A stretch of DNA of 64,000 nt from Christensenella sp. UBA7703 (GTDB taxonomy: Bacteria; Bacillota; Clostridia; Christensenellales; CAG-138), in contig DLGD01000021.1 of NCBI GenBank assembly GCA_002482505.1, positions 27,085 through 91,084 of the forward strand. Direction: 5' to 3'. The notes under the pieces were generated by a model. That model was not told where the DNA came from and searched no databases. It saw nothing but the letters and a program-made list of their open reading frames with translations. The position numbers were made by a program, and so were the translations under genes. Positions 39,170 through 49,414 of this stretch are shown piece after piece (the first letter of the stretch is position 1; the number at the start of each line of letters is the position of its first letter).

Positions 39170-40093
39170 TTACGCTTTGGTCTGGCTCATGACTTCTTCT
39201 GCAAAGTTGTTTTCACGCTTTTGCAGACCTTCGCCCATCTCGTAGCGGGTGAAGCGCTTGATGCCCACCTTTGCGCCGAGGTCTTTGGAAGCCTTTTCCA
39301 GAACCTGCGTGATCGAAAGCGCGGTGTCCTTGACGAACAACTGCTCAAGCAGGCAGATTTCCTTGTAGAACTTCTCAATACGACCAACGAGCATTTTCTC
39401 GATGACGGCGGCGGGTTTCGGCTTCTCTTCGTTGAGCGCGATGTTGCGGTTAATTTCTTTCTCGTGCTCAAGCTCTGCTTCCGGGACTTCCTCACGGGTG
39501 AGGTAGGTCGGGCGCGCCGCTGCGATATGCATCGCGATGTCATGCGCAACCTTCTTGAGTTCCGCGTTGTCCTTCAGGCTCGCGGGTGCGTCGAAATCGA
39601 CCAGGACGCCGATGCGGCCGCCGAGATGGATGTAGGTGTCTACAACGCCCTCGTAGCGTGCGAATCTGCGAATGCTGATCTTTTCGCCGATCTTGGCGAC
39701 CAACTCGTTGAGCGTATCGCTGACCTTGAGGCCCGGCGCAAAGAATGCGTCCTGCGTCAACAGCGCGTCCACATCCGCGGGGCTGAATTTGCCAACCTGC
39801 TCGGCGAGCTTGTCGACATACGCGTGGAAATCGTCAGTCTTTGCGACAAAGTCGGTTTCGCAGTTGACTTCGATGATTACGCCAACACCGCAATCGGTGC
39901 ACAGGTAGCTGCTGACGATGCCTTCCGCCGCAATACGGCTGGCTTTCTTCGCGGCTGCTGCAAGGCCTTTTTCGCGCAGATAATCTTTGGCTTTTTCAAA
40001 ATCACCCTCACACTCGGTGAGCGCTTTTTTGCAATCCATCATGCCGGCCTGCGTCAGTTCGCGCAGCGCCATTACGTCTTTTGCTGTAAACAT
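39170..40093 (-). CDS. tsf: Elongation factor Ts
   Basis: N-terminus [19 protein letters not shown]. 307 aa. Confidence 0.95.
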   Translation of the reverse strand: MFTAKDVMALRELTQAGMMDCKKALTECEGDFEKAKDYLREKGLAAAAKKASRIAAEGIVSSYLCTDCGVGVIIEVNCETDFVAKTDDFHAYVDKLAEQVGKFSPADVDALLTQDAFFAPGLKVSDTLNELVAKIGEKISIRRFARYEGVVDTYIHLGGRIGVLVDFDAPASLKDNAELKKVAHDIAMHIAAARPTYLTREEVPEAELEHEKEINRNIALNEEKPKPAAVIEKMLVGRIEKFYKEICLLEQLFVKDTALSITQVLEKASKDLGAKVGIKRFTRYEMGEGLQKRENNFAEEVMSQTKA

Positions 40094-40119
40094 GGTGTGT
40101 GTTCTCCTTCGCTGAAGCG

Positions 40120-40863
40120 TTACTCGTTGACTTCTTCTACTTCTTCGCTCGCCGGGGCAGCGGGTGCATCGGTCATCTGTTCGCCCTGACGGCCTTCGAT
40201 GATGGCATCCGCGATCTTGGCGGTGATGAGTTTGACTGCGCGGATCGCGTCGTCATTGCCCGGGATCGGGTAATCGATCTCGTCCGGATCGCAGTTGGTG
40301 TCGATGATTGCAACGATCGGGATCTTGAGCGTGCGCGCTTCGGCGATTGCGATATGCTCCTTGCGCGGGTCAACAACGAACAGCGCGCTGGGCAGTTTCT
40401 TCATCTCTTTGATGCCGCCGAGGTTTTTGATGAGCTTTTCCTGCTCGCCGCGCAGCTGGATGACTTCCTTCTTGGGCAGTAGGTCAAAGTCACCATTGGC
40501 TTCCATGGTCTCGATCTGGCGCAGACGCGCGATGCGGCCCTGGATGGTTTTGAAGTTGGTGAGCATGCCGCCGAGCCAACGCTGGTTGACATAGTACATG
40601 TCGCAACGCTTTGCTTCCTGCTCGATGGACTCCTGCGCCTGCTTCTTCGTGCCGACAAAAAGAACAGACTGATTATTTTCGGCAACGCTGCGCACGAAAT
40701 TATAAGCCTCTTCAATCTTTTTTACGGTTTTCTGCAGGTCGATGATGTAGATGCCGTTGCGCTCCGTAAAGATGTATTCTTTCATCTTCGGGTTCCAGCG
40801 GCGGGTCTGATGGCCGAAGTGTACACCGGCCTCCAACAGTTGTTTCATGGAAATCACGGACAT
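40120..40863 (-). CDS. rpsB: 30S ribosomal protein S2
   Basis: [30 protein letters not shown] 40863 follows GAGGAGG. Confidence 0.95.
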   Translation of the reverse strand: MSVISMKQLLEAGVHFGHQTRRWNPKMKEYIFTERNGIYIIDLQKTVKKIEEAYNFVRSVAENNQSVLFVGTKKQAQESIEQEAKRCDMYYVNQRWLGGMLTNFKTIQGRIARLRQIETMEANGDFDLLPKKEVIQLRGEQEKLIKNLGGIKEMKKLPSALFVVDPRKEHIAIAEARTLKIPIVAIIDTNCDPDEIDYPIPGNDDAIRAVKLITAKIADAIIEGRQGEQMTDAPAAPASEEVEEVNE

Positions 40864-41070
40864 GATAAGTAACCTCCTCGTTCTTTTCTTCCCGGTGTTT
40901 CTTTTTCCCCGGTAACCTGCCGAATGGACAGGCACGAGCCGTGGAATCCGCACCGGTGCGTGATACCTCGAGAATTATAGCATAGGCGTTTTTGCCTATG
41001 CAAGTAAAATCGTCTGATCTTGCGGTTAAAATTACGATTTATGCGTCATTTTCGCGAAAAAGTGAACGCT

Positions 41071-41364
41071 TTATTCGTCATCGTCCCCATCGTCCCCGTC
41101 TGCCATCTCGTCAAAGAGCTCAATGAACTCATTGAACACTTCATCCAACAAAACAGGATTGTCGATGGAGACAAAATTATCGCCGTTTTTGTCTTTCACG
41201 ACTTCAAGCAGAACCACTTCATCGTCGCCGACGTTTTCCACCTCGTCGATGGGCAGCAGCGCGGCATAGCGCTTTCCTTCATAATCAAATGTCATCACGA
41301 GATCAAATTTTACGGTGTTCCCGCTCTCGTCGATCAGTTCGATGATGGTATTCTGCTCTTCCAT
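41071..41364 (-). CDS. DUF1292 domain protein
   Basis: 97 aa. Typical pattern IELIDESGNTVKFDLVMTFDYEGKRYAALLP with an acidic tail. Confidence 0.8.
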   Translation of the reverse strand: MEEQNTIIELIDESGNTVKFDLVMTFDYEGKRYAALLPIDEVENVGDDEVVLLEVVKDKNGDNFVSIDNPVLLDEVFNEFIELFDEMADGDDGDDDE

Positions 41365-41398
41365 ATGTTCCTGCTTTCTTTTTGTTTGTGGATTTGAA

Positions 41399-41821
41399 TC
41401 AGGTGTTTCCGTGCGCGTCCAGATAGCCCTGCAAAATCACGACGGCTGCGACTTTGTCGATTACCTGCTTGCGCTTGTCGCGGCTGACGTCCGCTTCGAT
41501 CAGAACGCGCCGCGCACTGGCCGTGGTCAGCCGTTCATCCTGAAAGGCGTGATCGCCATCCCACTTTGCAAGGACAGCCTCCGCAAACTCGCGCGTAATC
41601 TGCGCCTGAAAGCCATAGCTGCCGTCCATATTGCGCGGCAGGCCAAAGACAAGCTTCACGGGTTTGTAGCCGTTTGCAAGTTTGATCAAGTGCGCAACAT
41701 CCTGCTCCAGATCATCCGTGCGGTGATAGGTTTCAATCCCCTGCGCGGTGATGCCCAAGGGGTCGCTTACGGCGACGCCGATGCGCTTTTCGCCAACATC
41801 AAAAGCCAAGATTCGAAGCAT
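41399..41821 (-). CDS. ruvX: Holliday junction resolvase-like nuclease RuvX (YqgF)
   Basis: MLRILAFDVGEKRIGVAVSD. 140 aa. Confidence 0.9.
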   Translation of the reverse strand: MLRILAFDVGEKRIGVAVSDPLGITAQGIETYHRTDDLEQDVAHLIKLANGYKPVKLVFGLPRNMDGSYGFQAQITREFAEAVLAKWDGDHAFQDERLTTASARRVLIEADVSRDKRKQVIDKVAAVVILQGYLDAHGNT

Positions 41822-41824
41822 GCG

Positions 41825-42079
41825 TCAATATTTCCCTTCCACGTAGGCGCGAACCAGTTCTTCAAGCAGTTCGTCGCGTTCGATGCGGGAAATCAGGTAA
41901 CGTGCGTTGTTGTGGCTCGTGATGTAGGTTGGATCGCCGGAAAGCAGATAGCCTACGATCTGGTTCACCGGGTCATACCCTTTTTCGCGCATCGCGGCAT
42001 ATACGCTGATCAGCGTATCGCGCGGGCTGCGCTTCTCCCTCGGGAGTTCGAATTGCTGTGTATCTCTTCTATCATCCAT
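41825..42079 (-). CDS. IreB-family regulatory phosphoprotein (UPF0297)
   Basis: 84 aa. Motif [26 protein letters not shown]. Confidence 0.85.
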   Translation of the reverse strand: MDDRRDTQQFELPREKRSPRDTLISVYAAMREKGYDPVNQIVGYLLSGDPTYITSHNNARYLISRIERDELLEELVRAYVEGKY

Positions 42080-42174
42080 TTGAGTTCACCTCATGGGAAT
42101 TATACCAAAAATGCGCTCAAAGTAACAGCCCTTTCGAGCTCTTTTGCCGATTTTGCCGTTCGTTCACATTGTGT

Positions 42175-42258
42175 TCTTGTGCTGTTCACGCGGGTAACCA
42201 GACACGCAGATTGGAATCGTTCTCCGTCCTTCAAATCGTCCGCTCTTGTGCTGTTTAT
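42175..42258. repeat. Two copies of a 15-nt intergenic motif (TCTTGTGCTGTTCAC / TCTTGTGCTGTTTAT), 69 nt apart
   Basis: Read directly from the sequence at 42175..42189 and 42244..42258, between the yajC terminator and the ireB-like promoter. Confidence 0.6.
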
Positions 42259-42344
42259 GCAAGTTTTAGAAAGCAAAGAACGCCCGCTGAATCCAGCAGG
42301 CGCTCCAAAGCTTCAAAAATGAATCCCGGAAATGAATCCGAAAA

Positions 42345-42671
42345 TTATTTGACGACTTCCTGCGTCATTTCGTTTTCCACGCCGGCGTCTTCCACCTGCG
42401 CAATTGCGCCGCGGGCAAACACGAGCTTCACTTTGTCGGGCCCGACGAGCAGAATGATGGTGTCATCCTTGATGGTAGAGATAGTGCCGTAAATACCGCC
42501 AATGGTGCGGACGCGGTCGCCTGCTTTGAGGTTGCCGAGCATGTCCTTGACCTTCTTGTCGCGGCGGCGCTGCGGGATGATCATGATGGCAAACATTGCA
42601 ACCATGAGGACGATGAGAATACCATAGCTGCTGAAAAAGCTGGAAAAACCTTCGGTAAAGCTTGCACTCAT
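42345..42671 (-). CDS. yajC: Preprotein translocase subunit YajC
   Basis: 108 aa. TM segment followed by PQRRRDKK...LKAGDRVRTIGGIYGTI. Confidence 0.9.
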   Translation of the reverse strand: MSASFTEGFSSFFSSYGILIVLMVAMFAIMIIPQRRRDKKVKDMLGNLKAGDRVRTIGGIYGTISTIKDDTIILLVGPDKVKLVFARGAIAQVEDAGVENEMTQEVVK

Positions 42672-42857
42672 ATTCTAAAAAACCTATACCCTTCTTAAAA
42701 AGTCAGATTTAGTCTATCGTATCGCGCATATTCCGTCAAGAGTTACGATTGTGTCAATTATGCAAAACAAGCGATTCCGCGTGTTGAAAAGCACGATTTG
42801 ACGAAAAACAAAGAAAAGAGGCTTGTTATCACCTCTTTTAAAAATCCTGTATTCGGA

Positions 42858-43238
42858 TTATTTCGCTTCGTCACGCTTTTTCATATAGTCTTCAATGGCG
42901 GCCTTCACCGCTTCTTCCGCGAGCACACTACAATGAATCTTCGCCGGCGGCAACCCTTCTAGTGCTTCTACGACCGCTGCGTTCGTAATCTTCAGCGCCT
43001 CATCCACGCTTTTCCCTTTGATCATCTCGGTCGCCATGGAGCTTGTCGCAACGGCAGCGCCACAGCCAAATGTTTTAAACTTCACATCGCGAATGATCTC
43101 GTTTTCGTCGATATCGAGGAAGATCTGCATGATGTCCCCGCATTTCGCGTTGCCAACGGTTCCAACGCCGCTTGCCCCTTCAATCTCACCGACGTTTCTG
43201 GGATTCTTAAAGTGATCCATCACTTTTTCGGTATACAT
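42858..43238 (-). CDS. nifU: Fe-S cluster assembly scaffold (NifU N-terminal / IscU type)
   Basis: Motifs GNAKCGD and FKTFGCGAAVA, plus the conserved C-terminal Cys. Confidence 0.9.
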   Translation of the reverse strand: MYTEKVMDHFKNPRNVGEIEGASGVGTVGNAKCGDIMQIFLDIDENEIIRDVKFKTFGCGAAVATSSMATEMIKGKSVDEALKITNAAVVEALEGLPPAKIHCSVLAEEAVKAAIEDYMKKRDEAK

Positions 43239-43326
43239 ATATTCCTATCTCCTTACCAAATCGTTTGATTTCTCTTGTTCATCTGGCGCAGCAGAGTCCG
43301 TTGCGTCGGTGATTGTTCCTTATTAC

Positions 43327-44493
43327 TTATTTCTGTTTCGGGTACAACGGGGACATATCGCGGAGCCTCTGCACAATCTGCGGCAGAAGATCCAACACAT
43401 AGTCGATCTCCTCTTCCGTTGTGAACTCCGAAAGCGTCAGCCGGAGTGATCCATGCGCAATCTCGTGCGGCAAGCCCATCGCGAGCAGCACATGCGAAGG
43501 ATCGAGTGAACCGCTTGTGCAGGCGGAGCCGCTGGAGGCCGCGATGCCGTTGATGTCGAGCATCAGTAGGATGCTCTCGCCTTCGATATAGCGGATGCTA
43601 TAGTTGACGTTGTTCGGCAGGCGTTTGGTCGGGTGTCCGTTGAGCTTCACATCCGGAATGCGCTCAGCAATACCTTTGAGAAGCTTGTCACGCAGTGCAC
43701 CGACCCGGGCGGCATTCTCTGCCATGTGCTCGTTGGCGAGCTTCAGCGCGGTAGCAAGTCCAACGATGCCGGGCACGTTTTCAGTCCCGGCGCGCCGCTT
43801 TTTTTCCTGTCCGCCGCCGATGATTAAGGAAGGAATGCGAACCCCTTTGCGGATATACAGCACGCCGACGCCCTTCGGGCCGTGGAACTTATGCGCGGAG
43901 ATCGAGAGCATGTCGATGTTCATCTTGACCACGTCAATCGGCACATGCCCTGTCGCCTGTACTGCGTCCGTATGGAACAGTAAGCCCTTATCGCGGCAAA
44001 CCTTGCCGATCTCTGCAATGGGGTTAATCGTGCCCACCTCGTTGTTGGCAAACATGATGGAGACCAATACGGTATCTTCCCGAATGGCTGCTGCAACGCT
44101 CTCTGCGCTCACAACGGCGTATTCGTCCACCGGAAGGATTGTCAGGTCGATCAGTCCTTCACGCTCCATCGCCTGAAGCGTGTAGAGCACCGCATGGTGT
44201 TCCACTGCAGAGGTGATGACGTGCTTGCCCTTCTTTTTGTTTGCGGCAACCGCGCCACGCAGAGCCATATTATCGCTCTCCGACCCGCCGCCGGTAAAGA
44301 CGATCTCGTCCGGTTTCGCGCCGATGATACTTGCGACGTCTTTACGTGCGGCATCGAGCAGTTGCTCTGCCTCACGCGCGTATTCATGCAGGCTGGACGG
44401 ATTTCCGTAGTAGGTCGTAAACGCGGGAATCATCGCATCCACTACTTCTTTTCGCACCATGGTCGTTGCGGCGTTGTCGAGATATACCTTCAT
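43327..44493 (-). CDS. nifS: Cysteine desulfurase NifS
   Basis: PLP lysine SAHKFHGPKG. Active-site motif SSGSACTS. Confidence 0.95.
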   Translation of the reverse strand: MKVYLDNAATTMVRKEVVDAMIPAFTTYYGNPSSLHEYAREAEQLLDAARKDVASIIGAKPDEIVFTGGGSESDNMALRGAVAANKKKGKHVITSAVEHHAVLYTLQAMEREGLIDLTILPVDEYAVVSAESVAAAIREDTVLVSIMFANNEVGTINPIAEIGKVCRDKGLLFHTDAVQATGHVPIDVVKMNIDMLSISAHKFHGPKGVGVLYIRKGVRIPSLIIGGGQEKKRRAGTENVPGIVGLATALKLANEHMAENAARVGALRDKLLKGIAERIPDVKLNGHPTKRLPNNVNYSIRYIEGESILLMLDINGIAASSGSACTSGSLDPSHVLLAMGLPHEIAHGSLRLTLSEFTTEEEIDYVLDLLPQIVQRLRDMSPLYPKQK

Positions 44494-44546
44494 ACTCTAT
44501 TCCTCTTTATCGATTCATTTGAAAAGTCAATATGCCAAACTTTGGA

Positions 44547-45011
44547 TCAACTAAACTTTTGATCACAAACATTTTTGCAGGGAATCCCGCGTGCTTTTTG
44601 TTGCAGATAATCATCCGCAAGCTCGCGGATGGTCGTGCGCTCCAACACATCATTGATGCGCGTTTGCAGTTTGAGAAAGAGCGGCCGAGCCGAGCAGGAG
44701 CAGGCGCTTGTGCAGTTGTGGTGGAGTGTTCCGACGCAATCGACAATCGCTGTTGAACCTTCGAGCAGATTTAGTACCCGCTGCACACTGAGCTGAGCAG
44801 GATCGCAAGTGAGTTCATACCCGCCCTGCGCGCCACGGACGGTGTCCACCACGCTGCCTTTTTTCAGCTCACGAAGAAGTTGTTCCAGGTAGCCTTCCGA
44901 AATCCCCTGCGACCCGGCCAAAACAGGAAGAGAGACCGGCCCGGTGCCATATGCAATGGCGAGGTCGATCACCGCTTTCAGCCCGTATCTGCTGCGCGTG
45001 GAGAGTTTCAT
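44547..45011 (-). CDS. Rrf2 family transcriptional regulator (IscR-like)
   Basis: MKLSTRSRYGLKAVIDLA, with Cys residues in the C-terminal half. Lies upstream of nifS-nifU. Confidence 0.85.
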   Translation of the reverse strand: MKLSTRSRYGLKAVIDLAIAYGTGPVSLPVLAGSQGISEGYLEQLLRELKKGSVVDTVRGAQGGYELTCDPAQLSVQRVLNLLEGSTAIVDCVGTLHHNCTSACSCSARPLFLKLQTRINDVLERTTIRELADDYLQQKARGIPCKNVCDQKFS

Positions 45012-45133
45012 TGCGTGCCTTTCTGGAACCGTTTTCACAATCCCTAGTAATTTAGTTGCCTTACGTGCATAGGATAGCATTTCACTAGTCTATTGTCAAG
45101 CATGCTGTTTCATCTTTTTCAGGTGATTCCAAT

Positions 45134-45640
45134 CTACTCATGCTGCTCCTGCTGCTCCAACGCAAGCAGTTGCTGTTTCATGTCCGTTCCGTAGGCATAG
45201 CCGGTGAGTTTGCCGCCCGCGCCGACGACGCGATGGCAAGGCACCGCGATCATGATCGGGTTTTTGTTGCAGGCCATCCCGACAGCACGGGAACCCTTCG
45301 GATTATTGACCACAAAGGCAATTTCGCCATATGTCCGCGTTTCGCCAAAAGGGATTTGCAGCAGCGCCTGCCACACGTTCTTTTGAAACGGCGTTCCTTC
45401 TCCATCCATCGGAAACGAAAACGTTGTTCGCGCGCCTGCAAAGTACTCGCGCAGCTCCCGTATGGCGATGTTCAAAACAGGTTGTGTTTTTCCGTCTTGC
45501 GCAATCGCCCGTTCATCCTCCCGTGCAAGACGAATCGAATAGACCGACCCGTTTTTTGCGGAGATAATCAGCCTGCCGATCGGAGTATCTACCATGACAT
45601 GTTCCACCAAAGACGTTTCTAGCGGTTGCTTGCCCTTCAT
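45134..45640 (-). CDS. ogt: Methylated-DNA--protein-cysteine methyltransferase
   Basis: Active site PCHRVV. The start is taken at the internal ATG (MKGKQPLE). Confidence 0.9.
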   Translation of the reverse strand: MKGKQPLETSLVEHVMVDTPIGRLIISAKNGSVYSIRLAREDERAIAQDGKTQPVLNIAIRELREYFAGARTTFSFPMDGEGTPFQKNVWQALLQIPFGETRTYGEIAFVVNNPKGSRAVGMACNKNPIMIAVPCHRVVGAGGKLTGYAYGTDMKQQLLALEQQEQHE

Positions 45641-45798
45641 TATCTTCTGCTCCTTTACGCTTGCCCACGTGTTTCTTTTTATTATAAACGATGTGTGGTA
45701 TACTGAGCAAAAATATAGCACCTTAAATTTACGTAAGTATGTGTGCCTTCGGGCGGCCAACCTTCTACGGACACTTTTGAAAGGACGGACAACGAAAC

Positions 45799-46326
45799 AT
45801 GGAAGATGCGATTGAAAAGCTTGCCTTGGAGACGGTAGAAACAGCGCAGGAATCCGGCAAGAACGAATCGTTCGAAGTCATCGATTATGTGCGCGAGCTC
45901 TTTTTAAATTCAGAAGAGCAAAAGAAGTTGGAGCAGAAGAAAGTCAAGCTCATGCGCGTTTGCGTCGGGTTGCTTTCCGGTATCGCGCTGGTCGTCCTCG
46001 TCAGCGCTGCGGGGCTTGTCCCCCCGCTGCTGACCACGGTTACGGAAGCGAATAAAGCTCTCACCACGGTGCAGCAGGTGGATGTCAAGTCGATCACGAC
46101 GAATATCGATGAGCTTGCCGTACAGGCAAATGATACATTTGTCTCGGTCGGCGAAGCGGTCAAGGTGCTCAACGGTCTGGATATGCAGTCCCTCAACGCA
46201 ACCATTGCAGAATTGAAGATGGGTGTGGAATCCTTCTCCAAGTTGGATATCGAAACCCTGAATACTGCAATAGCGAACCTCAACGCCACCGTGGAGCCGC
46301 TTGCAAAGCTGTTTGGCAAGAGATAA
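45799..46326 (+). CDS. Hypothetical single-pass membrane protein with a repetitive helical ectodomain
   Basis: 175 aa. TM segment VCVGLLSGIALVVLVSAAGLV. Repeats of the type LN..I..L. No family recognised. Confidence 0.6.
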   Translation: MEDAIEKLALETVETAQESGKNESFEVIDYVRELFLNSEEQKKLEQKKVKLMRVCVGLLSGIALVVLVSAAGLVPPLLTTVTEANKALTTVQQVDVKSITTNIDELAVQANDTFVSVGEAVKVLNGLDMQSLNATIAELKMGVESFSKLDIETLNTAIANLNATVEPLAKLFGKR

Positions 46327-46339
46327 AGAAAGGCAATTT

Positions 46340-46363
46340 GCGGGCAAACTCTGCCCGCTTTTT
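46340..46363 (+). terminator. Rho-independent terminator
   Basis: Stem GCGGGCA / TGCCCGC followed by TTTTT. Confidence 0.75.
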
Positions 46364-46419
46364 CATGCCCAAGTGATCTGAATCTATTAAGTTGTTGTAT
46401 AAGGAGACCTTCATCCGTT

Positions 46420-48312
46420 ATGACGGAACTATTATCGATTCTCTACGTCGCCCTGTTTGCGACATCCGGCATTGGACTATCCCGGTTGCTGTTCCATCGC
46501 GAGAAGCCGCTCGTTCGAATCTGGCTTGGGCTTGCGATGGGTATGGCAATGTTCATCTGGCTTCCCGCGCTGTTTTCATTCGCGCTGGGGTTCCATCTAG
46601 CCGCGCAGCTGCTTGGCTTGCTGTTTGCCTGCCTCGCGGGTGCTGCCGGCTTCTTCTTTTCGCGAAAACGCACGCTGACCGCTTCCCCATGGAAAGCGGA
46701 GATACCGTTCTTTGTCGCCGGTGGCGCGCTGCTCGTTCTGTGCCTCGTGCTGCTCTCCACGCACACCATCGTGGAACGGGATGGCGCGCTCTACGTCGGT
46801 CAATCCACGTTTGGCGATCTGGCGATGCACTTAGGTTTTATCTCCAGCATTGCGACCCAGGGCACTTTTCCGCCGATGTATTCCATCTGTCCCGACAAGC
46901 CTGTCTGCTATCCGTTTCTGAGTGAAAGCGTCGGCTCAACGATCTATCTGTTCGGAACCAGCCTGCGCTTTGCTACGATGCTGACGGCTGCGTACGCCAT
47001 TCTGCTCGTGATCGTTGGCGTTTATTGCTTCTTCCAACAGTGGCTGGGGGAAACGCGCAAGTCGATCTTTGCGATGCTGCTCTTCTTCGTCGGCGGTGGG
47101 TTTGGGTTCTGGTATTTCTTTGATCTGCTGAAAGCGAACCCTGAAAATCTCTCCCGCCTCTTCACTGCGTTTTATGAGACGCCGACCAACTTTGTCTCAA
47201 ACGGGCTTCGCTGGGTCAATCCGATTGCGGACATGATGATCCCGCAGCGCGCGTTGCTCTTTGGCTGGTCGCTGCTGTTTCCCTGTCTATTCTTGCTGCA
47301 CCGCGCGGCGATTCAGCGTGAAACAAGCGCGTTTCTCCCGCTGGGTGTCCTTGCGGGCACCCTGCCGCTGATTCATACACATTCCTTCCTTGCGCTTGGT
47401 ATCATCAGCGGGTTTTATCTGATTCGCTCCTTTGCGCGAAAGGAAGGAAAAGCACAGTGGATCGGCTTTGCCAAATATCTTGGCATCGTGCTATTGCTTG
47501 CTCTGCCGCAGTTGATCTTTTTCACGTTCAAGCAGTCCGGCAGCTTCCTGAAGTTTCATTTCAACTGGGCAAATGAAGCGGACAACTACTTCTGGTTCTA
47601 TATCAAGAATTTCGGGTTGATCGCGCTCCTGTTTCCCGTTGCGTTCCTTGCCGCCAACCGTGAGGAAAAAGGCATTGTAGGCGGTGCGCTGTTGATCTTT
47701 GCGATTGCGGAGTTCGTTCAATTTCAACCGAATCCGTATGACAACAACAAGCTGCTCTTCATCGCTTTCTTATACGCTTGCGGTCTTGTTGCCAACTGGC
47801 TTTTTGACGCAAAGGACAGGCTCACGCGCGGCGCTGCGCGAAACCGCCTGAGCATCGCGCTGCTCTCCGCAATGGTCTGCGCAACGCTGTTCCTCTCCGG
47901 TGCGCTGACACTCGGGCGGGAGTACGTTTCGGAATATCAGTTGATCGATGCCGATCAGGTTGCAGCAGCAGAGTATGTGAAAGAGAACGCCGCGCCGGAC
48001 GCGACATTTTTAACCTACAACAACCACAATAACTGCATCGCGGCCCTGACGGGACGAAACATCGTCTGCGGGACGGGCTCCTATCTATTCTTCCACGGTG
48101 TGGACTATTCCGCGCGTGAAAATGCGCTGCCGCTGCTGTATGAAGAACCCTCCACCTATTTCAGTGCCTATGCCAAGCAGTATGACATCGATTACGTATT
48201 CATCGGCTCCAGTGAACTGGCGAACTATACCGTCGATCTTGCCTATTTTGCAGATCGCTTCCCTGTGTTTTTTCAAAACGAAACCGTGACCATCTATAGC
48301 GTTCATTCCTGA
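46420..48312 (+). CDS. Large polytopic membrane protein, possibly a GT-C-fold glycosyltransferase-like protein (family not recognised with certainty)
   Basis: 630 aa. At least 12 predicted TM segments in the first ~470 aa, followed by a soluble C-terminal domain. Confidence 0.6.
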   Translation: MTELLSILYVALFATSGIGLSRLLFHREKPLVRIWLGLAMGMAMFIWLPALFSFALGFHLAAQLLGLLFACLAGAAGFFFSRKRTLTASPWKAEIPFFVAGGALLVLCLVLLSTHTIVERDGALYVGQSTFGDLAMHLGFISSIATQGTFPPMYSICPDKPVCYPFLSESVGSTIYLFGTSLRFATMLTAAYAILLVIVGVYCFFQQWLGETRKSIFAMLLFFVGGGFGFWYFFDLLKANPENLSRLFTAFYETPTNFVSNGLRWVNPIADMMIPQRALLFGWSLLFPCLFLLHRAAIQRETSAFLPLGVLAGTLPLIHTHSFLALGIISGFYLIRSFARKEGKAQWIGFAKYLGIVLLLALPQLIFFTFKQSGSFLKFHFNWANEADNYFWFYIKNFGLIALLFPVAFLAANREEKGIVGGALLIFAIAEFVQFQPNPYDNNKLLFIAFLYACGLVANWLFDAKDRLTRGAARNRLSIALLSAMVCATLFLSGALTLGREYVSEYQLIDADQVAAAEYVKENAAPDATFLTYNNHNNCIAALTGRNIVCGTGSYLFFHGVDYSARENALPLLYEEPSTYFSAYAKQYDIDYVFIGSSELANYTVDLAYFADRFPVFFQNETVTIYSVHS

Positions 48313-48329
48313 TCACTTGATAGAATAAA

Positions 48330-48380
48330 AACCTCCGCAATTCAATCTTACGTTTGTAAGATGACTGCGGAGGCTTTTTT
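48330..48380. terminator. Bidirectional terminator between convergent genes
   Basis: Outer stem CCTCCGCA / TGCGGAGG, inner stem CTTAC / GTAAG, with A- and T-runs on both sides. Confidence 0.75.
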
Positions 48381-48400
48381 GTCTTTATTGGGTTATTCTA

Positions 48401-48700
48401 TTATGCTTGCTTTTGCTTGTATCCGGCAAACCCTGCCATCAGCGCGCCAACGCCGGTAATGATGGCGAGAATCGCACCGACGATGCGATAGCTCTCCGCC
48501 GTGTTGGACATGATGTATTGATACATTGTCATGTCCATACTTCCGCCGTTTTTCGCCAGCTCTGCGCTCGCGGTTGAAAGACCGATCGTCGCAGACGTGA
48601 GCACGAGCACAAGACCCAGCACAAACAGCAGCACAAGCACGACCATCACGCCTGTGTAGGTTTGCTTCTTGTCGGGCTTTTGATCGATAAACATTTCCAT
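48401..48700 (-). CDS. Small hypothetical two-TM membrane protein
   Basis: 99 aa. Two hydrophobic segments. ATG start. Confidence 0.55.
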   Translation of the reverse strand: MEMFIDQKPDKKQTYTGVMVVLVLLFVLGLVLVLTSATIGLSTASAELAKNGGSMDMTMYQYIMSNTAESYRIVGAILAIITGVGALMAGFAGYKQKQA

Positions 48701-48744
48701 AACATTCTTTCTCCTTTCAAATATTGTAAAGCAGCATTCCTCGG

Positions 48745-49410
48745 TTATTCATCCAGCCCCATCAAGAGGCGATAGACCGGCTTGAGCAGTTGAAACCCTT
48801 CGATGATTTCATCCGCAATCTCAGGCGAAAGCGTCTTTTTTAAATTTGGCGAAGAGAAGCAAAAGGATAGCCCTTTCCGGTTGAGATACGGCAATACCCC
48901 CTCCGGCGCATCTGTAAACTTCGGACGCTTAAACAGGTCTCCTACGACCACAAACCGCTCGGTAAACTTCGGATCCTCTACGAGAGAAAGAAATTTCTGC
49001 GGTTTTGCTAGGATGCGCGGCCGGATCTCCCGCATCAGCGCGGGATTCGCGCCATACATGCCCATGCCGTATCCGTAGACCTCCCGTTCAAACTCCGCGT
49101 AGACGACGAGGCTTTCGCTGAGCATGCCGCCGGGCCTGCGAAAACCCAGCCACGCATGGTCGCGAAACATCGTCTTATCGCGGGAATAGCGCGTGTCCCG
49201 GCGAATACGGGAGACGATGCTGGACGGGCGAATGTTGAATGAACTGTCGATCTCCTGCGCTGCGGGTGTAATCGTAATTGCTAGCTCTTTTAGCGGTTCG
49301 TATACATTCTTTTTATAGCGCTCCTTGTTTGCCTCGTAGAAAGACAATTCATTTTGGAACGCAATCTCCCAGAAAAACTGGTATGTGTCTTCATTCAATC
49401 CCTGAAACAC
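48745..49410 (-). CDS. DUF2461 (TIGR02453) family protein
   Basis: The FQGLNEDTYQFFWEIAFQN...RDTRYSRDK pattern is typical of the family. The start is reassigned to the GTG at 49410, 7 nt after GAGGAG. The longer tracked ORF overlaps the upstream gene and would add an Arg-rich extension. Confidence 0.7.
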   Translation of the reverse strand: MFQGLNEDTYQFFWEIAFQNELSFYEANKERYKKNVYEPLKELAITITPAAQEIDSSFNIRPSSIVSRIRRDTRYSRDKTMFRDHAWLGFRRPGGMLSESLVVYAEFEREVYGYGMGMYGANPALMREIRPRILAKPQKFLSLVEDPKFTERFVVVGDLFKRPKFTDAPEGVLPYLNRKGLSFCFSSPNLKKTLSPEIADEIIEGFQLLKPVYRLLMGLDE

Positions 49411-49414
49411 GGTT

